64,000 bases of DNA, taken from positions 65,521,992-65,585,991 of the forward strand of contig JASCQW010000072.1 of the NCBI GenBank assembly GCA_030264375.1, given 5' to 3'. This DNA is from Carcharhinus longimanus (lineage: Eukaryota). Below, piece by piece: positions 1 through 12,044 of this stretch. The notes under the pieces are model-generated. The model worked only from the letters and a program-made list of their open reading frames with translations, was not told the origin of the DNA and ran no database searches. The position numbers and the translations under genes were made by a program. Every line of letters begins with the position of its first letter. Within the stretch, counting starts at the first letter, position 1.

Positions 1-480
1 CCCTAGTTCAAATGACTTATTCCGAGTAGGTGGTATACTGCCCAGACACTTGTCCCTCCTTTGCACTGAATCTTGCTTCAGGAAATGACCCTGATCCCCC
101 AACCCTTCACGAGTCGCAACACCCCACTGCTGTGACACCAGCAGACAGCAGTGACAGCACCTTGAAGGGAGACTCCGTGGTATCCTCAGAAGCCAGCATA
201 ATTTTCTCGACACAGGCATCCACTACACAATCCACCAGCATTGTTACTATCATCCCAGTTGGACATGTTAGTGGTGAGCCTTCTGAGTCACTTATTGGTG
301 TGTACAACACGTAAATGCACATCAGGTGGAAGCAGGAACATCTGATGCCTTGGGCACACAGAGATATGCCAGAAACCCCAAGTCTGTGGCTATGGCTGTC
401 AGAGACATTCTGGAAACACAGCTGGCCATGTTTGTTTCTCTCACCTATATTTTGGAGGCATAGCTGGTTATAGCTGTGGA
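1..480 (+). pseudogene. Decayed PIF/Harbinger second gene (Myb/SANT partner), downstream portion
   Basis: Ser/Thr-rich frame followed by 'MHIRWKQEH', matching 'MHIRWRQEH' at ~45510 inside the bounded Harbinger; convergent with the transposase at 500-1560. Confidence 0.55.
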
Positions 481-499
481 CCTTAAGAACTTAGTCCAG

Positions 500-1560
500 T
501 CTCACAGAGCTAACGCTGAGGAGCTCCAAAGCTTGGCCCAGTCACAGAGTGTTATCGCTGCGGGCCTCCAGAGGTTGACCCAGTTCTCCTGGTGTTGCTG
601 CTCATCCTCCTCCTCCTCCAGGAAGATTTCCAGTTTCTTTTGCACCAGGCCGTGAAATGCACAACAGACCATGATTATGCAGTCGACACTCGGGCTGTAC
701 TGAGTGGCCCAGGCAGTGGAACTGCATCGCCAACAGCCCGATGCACCTCTCGCGATGGATCTGGTGGCAGTGTGGGGCTCATTGTCGCGGGTCTCAATCT
801 CAGTCTCTGGCCTCCGCACTGATGTCATCAGCCAAGTCCTTAGCGGACATTCCTTGTCCCCAAAGAGCTATCCCGATAGCCTGGGTTGGTCCTCGAACAG
901 TTCAGTGATGTCCAAGCTCTGGAGAATATAGCTCCTGTGCATGCAGACATGTGCATGATGTTCATCCTGTGGTCACAGAGAATCTGCACTTTCAAAGAAT
1001 AGAACCACTTTCAATTGATGAAGCGCAGTTCCTAAACTTGCAGGGAATACAGGGAGATATGTGGTATCTGCAACCCTCTGGACACGGGAGAAGCCAGTGA
1101 TGGTGGTGAAGCTTGAGCCCGGTTTTCTTTTTGGTCTAGGTCTGTGTTGAAGTGGATGTAATTGCCAGCCTGGGCAAACAGGGCATCCGTGACCTGACAA
1201 ACGCACTTGTGCATTGATGGCTATGAGGTGTCACAGATTTCTCCACTGGATGCCTGAATGGATCCAGTGGTGTAGGAGTTGAGGGCCGCCATGACCTTCA
1301 CTTCCATTGAGAGTATCCTCTGTCACTCAGGTCAGGTTCACGAGGACTAGACACATGTGCTGCACCATCTCTTTACTTAAGTGGAGCCTGCGGGGGCACG
1401 CGGCTTCAGTCATCCCCTTGAAGGACCTGCAGGTCCTGTAAACCCTGGGTCTCCACCTCCTTCCCCTGGCTCCTCGTGCAGGAGGATGTACTGCCGAGTC
1501 CTGGCCCCAACCAGTAGCCTCCTGCTTTCTTGCTAAGGCCTCTGGCCTCACTGGCTTTCA
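500..1560 (-). pseudogene. PIF/Harbinger (HARBI1-like DDE) transposase, frameshifted
   Basis: Motifs RPRVYR..CPRRLHLSKEMVQHMC, HKCVCQVTDALFAQAGNYIHF, GFSRVQ, QYSP..CIIMVCCAFH and an acidic tail, spread over several frames. Confidence 0.85.
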
Positions 1561-2589
1561 GTGGCCAGACTCATGTGGATGGGTTGCCCACCCTGGCCTC
1601 AGGAGGTAGGGAAAGCATATAGCTGGGTGTGAGGGTGCCCATTGCGGACCCCTGAAGCATAAACATGGGTGCAACCACTGCATTGCCTTCCAGGTATGTG
1701 TTGCAGTTCATGCAGATGGGGGAGGGGTAGCCTCCTGACGATCACAAGATGGCTTCACATTGCAGAGTTCAGTGTTAACACCTGGTGATTTTCCTTGTTT
1801 GGAACAACAGATGCCAGACCTGTTAGTGGGGCTTGGGATGTAAAGTCTGGAGTAAGCCATGGTGCCTGTCTAGCAGATGGATAGCAGGGCAAGCAGTCAA
1901 TATTCGAGGGGTCTCACTGTAGCGAGGGGGAATGACCCACACTGGGTCTTGGCATCCTCCAACCTGAGGACCCCTAGATCAGCACTCTCCCCTTCCCCTC
2001 TAACCCAGTATCCTTGTAAGTCCTCCCACCACCTCACCTGCACTACAGGAGTTGCTGCTCAGTGGGACTTACCTCCTCATTTCCTTTCACTACCGTGCCT
2101 GGCGCAGACCTTCATAGACCATTTGAATCACACTGACATGACATCACGCCAGAGGAGGGGGGAATGTACAGGAAGGGGGAAAGAGTTGTGCCAGACTGAT
2201 AATGATATGGAACGGTGTACAAAATCATGTAAGTTGATGTTGTACCCAGCATCACACCAGAAAAATTGAACTTGAAGGACCGCAAGCCACCTGATACCAG
2301 GTACAATTTGCATTTTTCACTGCCCGCTCTAATTTCCTTCCCCATTATGCTAATCAACCCGAGGTTTAGCAGCTTTCATCTCAATCAAGGGAACTTGTTA
2401 CCACAGTTCTTCACACTGCACTAACTCCGAAGTGTTTCCGACAATGAGCACTGTAACGTCTAATTGCATGAAAATTAGGTGAGCTCTTTCTTCTGTCTGA
2501 ACTGCATGCCATTCCTAGAAGCTTGTTTGCATCCAGGTGGCTACACACAAAAATCATACTGTAAGCATTACCCAGTGAGAGCCTCCTCA

Positions 2590-3495
2590 CACTACCCTGA
2601 TTGTCTACATGACGGCACCAAGATTGGTGGAGTAGTGGATGAGGTGGGGGGGCTCTTGCAGGCTGCAAAGAGACATTGATAGGATGCAGAGCTGGGCCGA
2701 AAAGTGGCAGATGAAGTTTAACCCTGATAAGTGCGAGGGGATTCATTTTGGTAGGACAAACTTGAATGCAGATTACAGGGTCAACGGCAGGGTTCTGAGG
2801 AATGTGGAGGAACAGAGAGATCTTGGGGTTCATATCCACAGATCTCTGCAGGTTGCCACTCAAGTGGATAGAGCCGTGAAGAAGGCTTATAGTGTGTTAG
2901 TGTTTATTAACAGGGGGTTAGAGTTTAAGAGCCGTGGGGTTATGTGCAACTATACAGGACCTTGGTGAGAAAACATTTGGAATATTGTGTGCAGTTCTGG
3001 TCACCTCACCATAAGGAGGATGTGGAAGCATTGGAGAGCGCGCAGAGGAGATTTACCAGGATGCTGCCTGGTTTGGAGGGTAGGTCTTGTGAAGAAAGGT
3101 TGAGGGAGCTGGGTCTTTTCTCTTTAGAGTGGAGGATGAGAGGCGACTTAATATAAGTTTATATGATGATGAGGGGGATAGATAGAGTGGACGTTCTGAG
3201 ACTATTTCCTCAGGTGGATGTAGCTGTTACTAGGGGGCATAACTATAAAGGTTCATGGTGGGATATACAGGAGGGTTGTCCGACACAGGTTCTTTACTCA
3301 GAGTGGTTGGGGTGTGGAATGGACTGCCTGCTGCAATAGTGGAGTCAGACATTAAGAAACTTTCAAGCGGTTATTGGATAGGCACATGGAGCACACCAGA
3401 ATGATAGGGAGTGGGATAGCTTGCTCTTGGGTTCGGACATAGCTCCACACATTGAGGGCTGAAGGGCCTGTACTGTGCTGTACTGTTCTACGTTC
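2590..3495 (+). mobile_element. CR1-clade LINE (HER1-like), 5'-truncated RT C-terminus and 3' tail
   Basis: DGTKIGG..LQRDIDRMQSWAEKWQMKFNPDKC; [20 protein letters not shown]; tail gggctgaagggcctgtactgtgctgtactgttctacgttc. Confidence 0.95.
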
Positions 3496-3499
3496 CAAC

Positions 3500-3790
3500 T
3501 CTATCAGCATTCCACAGGGATTGCTCCCTCCATGACACCTGATCCATTCTTCCACCATGCCCAACTCCCCATCCTCTTCCCATGGCAACTTTCCTTGCAA
3601 TCACAAAAGGTGCACACCTGCCCCTTGAAGTCCTTCCTCCTCAACAAAGTTAAGCAGTGCTTCATTTGCACTTACCACAATTTAGTCTATTGTATTCACT
3701 GCTCCCAACGTGATCTCCTTTACAGTGGGGAGACTAAATGTAAAAGGATGACTGCTTTGCAGAAACCTTTGCTCAATTGCAAGCAAGATC
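3500..3790 (+). mobile_element. Penelope-like element fragment, GIY-YIG endonuclease
   Basis: VKQCFICTYHNLVYCIHCSQRDLLYSGETKCK matches the PLE GIY-YIG pattern FTC.S.NLVY.I.C..C..LYIGET. Confidence 0.8.
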
Positions 3791-3794
3791 CTAA

Positions 3795-4030
3795 AAGAAA
3801 TAGCTATAGAGATAGTGGCTGCATTGGTTTTAATTTTCCAAAAATCCTTGGATTCTGGAGAAGTACCGGAGAATTGGAAAACTGCCAGTGAGACAATACC
3901 CAATTTAAAAAGGGAGGGGATAGCTGATTAACCTAACACCTATTGTTGGAAAGATTTTGCAATCAATTATTAAGGAAGTAATAACAGCACATTTGGAAAC
4001 TCATACTCAAATCAAGCAGAGTCAGTGTAC
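3795..4030 (+). mobile_element. CR1 LINE ORF2 internal fragment
   Basis: ALVLIFQKSLDSGEVPENWKTA...LTPIVGKILQSIIKEVI. Confidence 0.8.
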
Positions 4031-4489
4031 TTGTTTACCTCATTTATTTAAAAACTGGTACAAATTTATTTAAGTAAGGTTTCTTCATAGTAAGATTTTT
4101 ATAAGAGCATTAGAAAGCTCATCAGGAGCGGTATGGTTTATTCATTAAAATAAATAAAGATAACAAAATATTAAATAAAAATAAAATACCAAGAACATCT
4201 GTACAATTAAGAAATGTATATCTTTTTATTGTCAGCGATATTATTTTTGATAAACGCAGTAAGTTATAATATACACAAGTGTAAAAAGTTTTGCTTTTCC
4301 CATTTGAAGTAAATGACAGTTCTATTAACTTATGAATGGTTAAGCATTTTCTGTAATACATTACAAAATATTCGGTCTATCTTAAATGTACTTGATCTTA
4401 TTCATGGGGTCATGGGTAAGGCAAATGAACTATTTCAATTTTGTGGTCCACTGAGACGAAGAAGGGCCACTCATGCGGCCCACTCACTA

Positions 4490-4830
4490 GCTTAGGTTGC
4501 CCATCACTGTTCTACATGGTAGCACTGTAGGTTTGAAAGTGCTGCCGAAGGTGCCTTTGAGCTTCTGCAATGAATCTTGTAGATGATACACACTACTTCC
4601 ACTGTTCATCGGTAGTGCAGGAAGTGAACGTTTGTGGAAAGGTTAGCAATAAAATGAGCTGCTTTTTCTTGGATAGGGCAAAGCTTCTTGAGTGCTGCTG
4701 GAGTTCACTTTTCCAGGAAGGTGAGCAGCATTTCATCACACTCCTGACTTGTGCCATATAGATGGTGGACAGGCTGTGGAGAATCAGGAAGTGAGTTACT
4801 CGCCACAGGATTCCTAGCTTCTGACCTGTT
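4490..4830 (-). mobile_element. Second CR1-group (Zenon-like) LINE, RT C-terminal fragment
   Basis: GQKLGILWRVTHFLILHSLSTIYMAQVRSVM. Confidence 0.75.
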
Positions 4831-4831
4831 C

Positions 4832-5145
4832 TAGAACATAGAACATTACAGCGCAGTACAGGCCCTTCGGCCCTCGATGTTGAGCCAACCAGTGGAACCA
4901 ATCTAATGACCCTCTAACCTAAACTATTCCAATGTTATCCATATGCCTATCCACTGACCANNNNNNNNNNNNNNNNNNNNNNNNNNNNNNNNNNNNNNNN
5001 NNNNNNNNNNNNNNNNNNNNNNNNNNNNNNNNNNNNNNNNNNNNNNNNNNNNNNNNNNNNCATTAGATTGGTTCCACTGGTCGGCGCAACATCGAGGGCC
5101 GAAGGGCCTGTTCTGCGCTGTAATGTTCTATGTTCTATGTTCTAT
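4832..5145. mobile_element. Two CR1 3' tails in opposite orientation flanking an N gap
   Basis: agaacatagaacattacagcgcagtacaggcccttcggccc on the left; near reverse complement ending (tgttcta)n on the right. Confidence 0.85.
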
Positions 5146-5164
5146 CTGACTCCCCGTTGGGCTA

Positions 5165-5700
5165 CAAGTCACAAATCATGCACTGACTGTCCAGGTATAT
5201 CGAATATGACAGCATGACAGTTTCATCCTGGGGCACTCAGATACCTGGGATCTTTGAGGACCATCCCAGGCTGCTGTGATGTCTCATGAGAATCAAGAGT
5301 TATCCGTTGAGGTCATGGCTGATGGCACCTGTGTGGAAGGTTGTGACCAATGTAGAGACCCGCTACAATGAGGCCCAGACTGCATCGCAATTAATCATTG
5401 AGCAGTGCATTGGCCTGCTCAAGATGCAGTTCCGCTGCCTGTACAGGTCTGACAGGGGTCTGCAGTACTGCCCCCAGAGGAACTCCCACATCCTGGTGAT
5501 CTGCTGTGTGTTCCATACCTTGCGCAGCAGTAGAGCAACATTCTAGAGGAGGAGGACCAGGCTTATTCCTGAGGGAGGAGGCAGACTTGGAGGGAGAGAT
5601 TGTGGAGGTCCCAGAGGATTGAAAACAGGCAGCAGCAAGGGTCCAACATATGCCAGGAGGATCAGGGAGGTCCTGATTTCTGCCAGATGTTATGATCTGG
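5165..5700 (+). pseudogene. PIF/Harbinger transposase C-terminal remnant
   Basis: SYPLRSWLMAPV..ETRYNEAQTASQLIIEQCIGLLKMQFRCLYRSDRGLQYCPQRNSHILVICCVFH (DDE_Tnp_4 pattern). Confidence 0.9.
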
Positions 5701-5795
5701 AGGCTTGGGGTTCAGTAGCTTGAGCCATGCACCGCCCACCCCCCCCACCATCCACATCTCCCAGAATAAGTGCTTCCCCCACTCCGAGGTGGAAG

Positions 5796-6115
5796 GGGAG
5801 CAGCACAGTGGCAAGATGGTTAGCACTGCTGCCTCACAGCACCAGGGACCCCAGTTCAATTCCGACCTTGGGTGACTGCCTGTGTGGAGTTTGCATGTTC
5901 TCACCGTGTCTGCATGAGTTTCCTGCAGGTGCTCTGGTTCCCTCCCACAGTCCAAAAATGTGGGGTTAGGTTGATTAGTCATGCTAAAATTGACCCCAGT
6001 GTCAGGTGGATTAGCAGGGTAAATGTGCAGGGCTACAAGAATTGTGCATGCTGGAATTGTGGTCAGTGTAGACTCAATTGGCCATATGGCCTCCTTCTAT
6101 ACTGTAGGGACTCTA
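5796..6115 (+). mobile_element. tRNA-derived V-domain SINE (HE1-type)
   Basis: A/B-box head gtggcaagatggttagc...gttcaattcc; central tgtgtggagtttgcatgttctc; CR1-like tail. Confidence 0.9.
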
Positions 6116-6663
6116 AAGAAGCCTAAGGTTCTCATTCCCATCAGTGAGTAATGAGGCTGTAATTCCAAGATGTCTGTCAATATGGGTCTCTATGGCTTGT
6201 AAAGCTAAGATATCTTGAGGAGCCAGCAGGAGTGTAGATGGGGAGATAAACTCCCTTTGGAAAGGGGGCAAAGACAGAGGAGTTGCTGCTTTTTGAATGC
6301 TGACTACTTACAGTGCCAGTTACCCAACCCTAACAATCTGGGCAGCATGTCACTAACCTGAGATATGTCAAACAAATGAAAGATTGGTGAACAGTCACTT
6401 CTATGTCACAGCTTAACCTGACTGTCACTCTTTGTCTTGTCCTCCTCCCAGCCAGATCTGGGCTCTCTCAAAAGGATTGAGGATTCTCAGGTTGCATACC
6501 CCACCCTCTGTCTTCTCCCGCTCCTGGCGGTTCTGGTTATCTTCTCCTTTGCGGACAGAAGGGGGATTGGAAGTGCACAGGGTATCGGGGGTGGAAATGG
6601 TGGGTGAGGTCTTTCGGGGCTGTGCTCTGGCAGGCAGGGGTTGTGATGGTGAATGTCAGAGGG

Positions 6664-6718
6664 TTGTGGCTGAGCCCCTAGCATCAGTCACAGACTGATG
6701 CTAGGGGCTCAGCCACAA
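6664..6718. repeat. Perfect 26-bp inverted repeat with 3-nt loop
   Basis: ttgtggctgagcccctagcatcagtc-aca-gactgatgctaggggctcagccacaa. Confidence 0.95.
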
Positions 6719-6934
6719 GGCTTAGGAGGGTGGATGGAAATTGCAGGCACCATGTAAAGCCAAAGAGGTTTACAGAATGGAAACAGGCCCTTCAGCCCAA
6801 CTTGCCACCGCTTTTTTTAACACTTAAGCTAGTCCNNNNNNNNNNNNNNNNNNNNNNNNNNNNNNNNNNNNNNNNNNNNNNNNNNNNNNNNNNNNNNNNN
6901 NNNNNNNNNNNNNNNNNNNNNNNNNNNNNNNNNN

Positions 6935-7557
6935 NCAGACCTCCCCACAGGCAGATCAACCCCTGACAGACCCCACAGATCCTCCTGGCTGACCACCCTC
7001 CCACAGGCCTGCCCGGTCGCCAGACTCCCTCCAGCCCCAACCAGATACCAATGCAGAGTGACAACAGGGCCCTCCACCCCAACTGATCACCCACATGCTC
7101 TGCCCCCAGCAGGCCCGGCCCCTTTAGCACTGCACCATGCCTGGCGGGCAATGCCAAGGTGCCCTCTGTGCCGGCATGCGTAGGGGACACCCACCATTAC
7201 CCCGATCTCCTGGGGGTTCCTGATTGCCCCCTCTTCACTCCAATGGGGTCGTCCCGCTAGTTCCCCAAAAGTAAACCCTGCTGAAATGAAATACTCTGGT
7301 GGGGTGGGAGATGCTAGCAGACCTGGAGAATTCAGTCCTGGGCCCACTAAAAACATTTAAATAGTATGTAAAATACTATTTAAATACTAGCCCTGCCTCC
7401 CAGCTGATTTCTGGTACCACGCAGATGCCACCGGAAATCCGGACCTGGGAGCTGAAAGCGTGAATACTCTTGGGAATCCCATGAATCAACTGACACGCAA
7501 ATTTCCTGGCCTGCTGCAGTAAAAAATTAGCGCAGCGGGATGGGAGAATCATCCCCC
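6935..7557 (-). mobile_element. Non-autonomous Harbinger-type element (long MITE family), partial
   Basis: Reverse complement of the end (ggggatgattctcccatcccgctgcgct) resembles the start of 58698 (ggcagggattctcccagcccactgtgct); C-rich core. Confidence 0.65.
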
Positions 7558-7729
7558 GAGTGTTTCTGTATTGGGTACATCAGAATGTGGAGCTCAAACG
7601 GCATTTCTGTCCTCTGGTAATGGAGGTCCCTGTCACCTTTTGTACAGGTTCAGCCCCATTATTCGATCCGCTGATAGGGATTGTGAACTCGGCAAGGTGC
7701 AGCTCCTCCTCTGAGGAGCCATGATGTGG

Positions 7730-10700
7730 ACATGTAATTGCCCATATTTGGCCCATATCCCTTTATGTCCATCTCACCCAACTGTCTAAATGCTTTTTAA
7801 AAGACAAAATTGTACCTGTCTCTATTACTGCCTCTGGAAGTTCATTCTAGACATTCATCACCCTCTGTGTGAAAAATTGCTCTTCTTGACCCTTTTGTAT
7901 CTCTCCCCTCTCACCTTAAACCTATTCTCTCTAGTTTTAGACTCCCCTAACTTTGGGAAAAGATATTGACTATCTAGCTGATCTGTACCCCTCATTATTT
8001 GACGGACTTCTATAAGATTACCGCCAACTGTCCTATCCTCCAGAGAAAAATTTCCCAGCGTATCCAGCCTGTCCGTACAACTCAAACCATAAAGTTCCAG
8101 TAGCATGCTAGTAAATCTTTTTTGCACTCTTTCTAGTTTAATAACATCCTTTCTATAATAGGATGACCAGAATTGTTCACAGTATTCCAAGTGTGGCCTT
8201 ATCAATATCTTATACAACTTCAACAAGATGTCCCAACCCTGTATTCAGTGTTATGATCAATGAAACCAAGCATGCTGAATGCTTTCTTCACCAGTCTGTC
8301 CACCAGTGACTCCACTTTCAAGGAACTATGAACCCTAAATCTATGAACCCGCACCCCTAAATCTCTTTATTCTATAACTCTCCCCAACGCCCTACCATTA
8401 ACTAAGTCCTACCCTTGTTCATCGACAAAAATGCATCACCTCGCATTTATTTAAATTAAACTCAGCCCACTGGTCCAATTGATCAAGATTCCATTGCAAT
8501 CCTAGATAACCTTCTTCACGTCCACTATGCCACAATCTTGGTGTCATCTGCAAACTTACTAATCATTCTCATCCAAATCATTAATATAAATGACAAATAA
8601 CAGTGGGCCATGCACCGATCCCTGAAGCATACAGCTGGTCACAGGCCTCCTGTTTGAAAAACAACCCTCTATAACCATCCTCTGCATTCTGTCATCAAGC
8701 CAATTTTATATCCATTCGGCTACCTCACCCTGAATCCCATGAGATTTAACCTTATGCAACAACCTACCATATGGTACCTTGTTAAAGGCCTTGCTACAGT
8801 CCATGTAGACAACATCAACTGTACTGCCAACATCTACCTTCTTGGTTACCCCTTCAAAAAACTCAATCAAATTTGTGAGACATGATTTTCCACTCATATC
8901 CATGTTGACCCTAATCAGTCCTTGAGTCTCTAAATGCCTGTAGGTCCTGTTTCTCAAACTGCCTTCTAACAACTTACCCACTACAGATGTGAGGCTCATC
9001 AGCCTGTCATTCCCAGGCTTATCCCTGCATCCCTTCTTAAACAAAGGCACAATATTTGCACCCTCCAATCTTCAGGCGCCTCGTCTGTGACTATCAATGA
9101 TTCACATATTTCTGCTGGTACCCATTATTTCCTCCCTAGCCTTCCACAATGTCCTGGGATACACTTCATAAGGTCCCAGGGGTTTATCTACCTTGATGCA
9201 CTTTAAAACTTCTAACACTTCCTTCTCTGTTATACTTACCCTCCTCAAGACATCACTATTTATTTCCCCAAGTTCCCTAACATCCATGCTTTTTCTCAAA
9301 AGTGAAAACTGATGAGAAATATNNNNNNNNNNAGGACTTCACCCATCTCTTGTGCATCCACACATAGATGACCTTGTTGATTCTTAAGAGGTCCTACTCC
9401 CTCGTTACTCTTTTGCCGTTTATGCATTTGTAGAAGTTCTTTGGATTCTTCTTTGTCTTATATACCAAAACAATCTCATGCCCCCTTTTTGCCCTCCTGA
9501 TTTCTCTCTTAACTCTACCACTACATCCTTTATACTCTTAAAGCGTACCACTACATCCTTTATACTCTTACTTGATCCCAGCTGCCTGTGCATATCATAT
9601 GCCTCCTTCTTGACTAGGACTTCAATATCCTGAGTCATTCAGTGTTCCCTACTTCCGCTAGCCTTGCCCATCAATGTAAGAGGAATGTGCTTACCTTGAA
9701 CCCTGGTTAGCACACTTTTGAAAGTTTCCCACTTACTAAACATCCCTTTGCCTTCCCACAGACTCCCCCAATTAATTGTTGGAAGTTCCTGCCTAATACC
9801 ACCAAAATTGGCCTTGCCCCAATTTAGAATTTTAACTTTTGGGCCTGAACTATCATTCTCCATAGCTATCTTAAAACTCATAGAATTATGGTCACTGGTC
9901 CCAAAGTAATCCCTCACTAACACTTCTGTCACCTGCCCTACCTTATTTCCCAATAGGAGGTCAAGTTTTGCCCCTCTCTGGTCTGGCCATCCACATACTG
10001 AATGAGAAAGTTTTCCTGAATACACTCAAGAAGTTTCTCTCCATCCAAGCCTCTAATACTATGGTTGTCCCAGTCAATGTTGGGAAGTTAAAATCCCCTA
10101 CTATTACCATTTTGTTTTTCTTGGAGCTATCTGTAATCTCTTTACATATTTGCTCCTCAATTTCCCACCGACTATTTGGGAGCCTATAGAACAACCCGTC
10201 AAAGGGTTTATTTCTCAGTGCTATCCATATCGACTCATTGTGTGAACCCTTGGATATATCCACTCTCAGTACTGCCATGATGTTTTCCTTAATCAAGAGT
10301 GCAACTCCCTCTCCTCTCTTACCTCCTGTTTTATCTTTCCTACAGTATCTATATCTTGGAACATTGAGCTGCCAGTCCTGTCCTTTACTTAGCCATGTTT
10401 CAGTAATTGCTAAAATATCCCATCTCGTGTACCCATCCATGCCCTGAGTTCACCTGCCTTCCCCGTCAGGCCTCTTGCATTGAAATAAATGCAATTTAAT
10501 TCGGACTTCCCTTGCTCTCTGTCCTGCTTTTGCCTGATCTGTCTTGTGCTAGGATTACTGACACTGCTTTTACTATTCAATGTACTCTCTAACTTTTGTG
10601 CTGTCCTCAACCTTCTCTTCTGTCTCCCTACTGCTTTGTGTCCCAACCCCCTGCCAAATTAGTTTAAACCCTCCCAACTGACTCGAGCAAATCTTCCCAC

Positions 10701-10790
10701 CGGGATCTTGGTCCTCTCCAGTTTAGGTTTAACCCGTACCTCTTGAACAGGTCACCCCTTCCCCTGGAGAGATCTCAATGATCCAAAAAT
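7730..10790 (-). mobile_element. Long CR1 LINE: ORF1 esterase C-terminus plus disrupted ORF2 (APE + RT)
   Basis: DLFKRYGLNLNWRG..EGLN* (ORF1); LNCIYFNARGL, DILAITETWL, IVGDFNFP, SDHN (APE); GKSCLTNLIEFFE, DVVYMDCSKAFNKVP, LYKILIRPHLEYC (RT). Confidence 0.95.
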
Positions 10791-11077
10791 CTAAGCCCCA
10801 GTACCTGCTGAATATGCCACTCTAGCTAACTACAGGGATGTGAACTATGTATTCCCAGCACCCTTGCTAAAGCTTGTATTAAAAGACCTGTTTAAGAGAA
10901 CTCTGTTTCTTGTCTGATTACTTGAAGGGTAAAGTTGTGACCAATTAAAAGGCTGACATCAAAGCCCACAACAGTGTCCCTCCTCTCCTTCACTGCATCT
11001 AACAGATGGCCCAGCTCTCCCTCAGAAAATCTTGGGCTGTTCTGGGTGCCATCTTCCTGGCATGACTGCTTGCATAT

Positions 11078-11650
11078 CTTTGATCTGATTTATTATTGCC
11101 ACGTGTATTAGCATACAGTGAAAAGTATTGTTTCTTGTGAGCTGTACAGACAAAGCATACTGTTCATAGAGAAGGAAACAAGTAAGTGCAGAATGCAGCG
11201 TTACAGTCATAGCTAGGTGTAGAAAAAGATCAGATTAGTGCAAGGTAAGTCCATTCGAAAGTCTGATGGCAGCAAGGCAGAAGCTTGAGTTGGTTGGTAC
11301 GTAACATCAGACTTTTGTATCTTATTTCTGAAGGAAAGGTGGAAGAGAAAATTTTTTGGGGTGTGAGGGGTCCTTAATTATGCTGGCTGCTCTGCCAAGG
11401 CAGCGGGAAGTGTAGACAAAGTCAATGGATGGGGGGGTAGTTTGCATGATGGATTGGGCTACATTCATGACCTTTTGTAATTTTTTTCAGTCTTGGGCAG
11501 AACAGGAGCCATACCAAGCTATGGTACAACCAGAAAGAATGCTTTCTGTGGTGCATCTGTAAAAGTTGGTGAGTGTCGTAGCTGACATGACAAATTTCCT
11601 CAGTCTTCTGAGAAAGTAGAGGCATTCGTGATCTTTCCTGACTATAGTGT
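11078..11650 (-). mobile_element. Rex1/Babar LINE 3' end
   Basis: Same 3' region and aataaatcaaatc-type tail as the RT-bearing copy at 43832-44780. Confidence 0.8.
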
Positions 11651-11719
11651 CTATTGTTAGAGCTTATATGGAGCTCTCCCTTGTTAAGGGAGTTCAGATG
11701 CAGGCAGTTTAAGAGAATA

Positions 11720-12040
11720 AAGAAAATTATAGCACAGGAACAAGCCCTTCAGCCCTCCAAGCCTGGTTGGACCATCCTGCCCGACTGAACTAAAACCCCT
11801 TATCTTTCTGGGGACCATATCCCTCTATTCCCATCCTAATCATGTATTTGTCAAAACACCCCTTAAAAGTCACTATCGTACCTGCTTCCACCATCTCCCC
11901 TGGCAACAAGTTCCAGGCACTCACTACCCTCTGTGTAAAAAAACTTGCCTTGTACATCTCCTTTAAATCTTGCCTCTCGCACCTTGAACCTATGCCCCTT
12001 CGTAATTAACTCTTGCACCTAGGGACAAAGCTACTCACTA
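11720..12040 (-). mobile_element. CR1 LINE 3' end
   Basis: Reverse complement reads gggcataggttcaaggtgcgagaggcaagatttaaaggagat... plus tail. Confidence 0.85.
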
Positions 12041-12044
12041 TTTA

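Noticed and set aside
4832-5145. Apparent large inverted repeat
   Set aside because: These are two non-identical CR1 tails separated by a gap; they could be separate insertions or a mis-join
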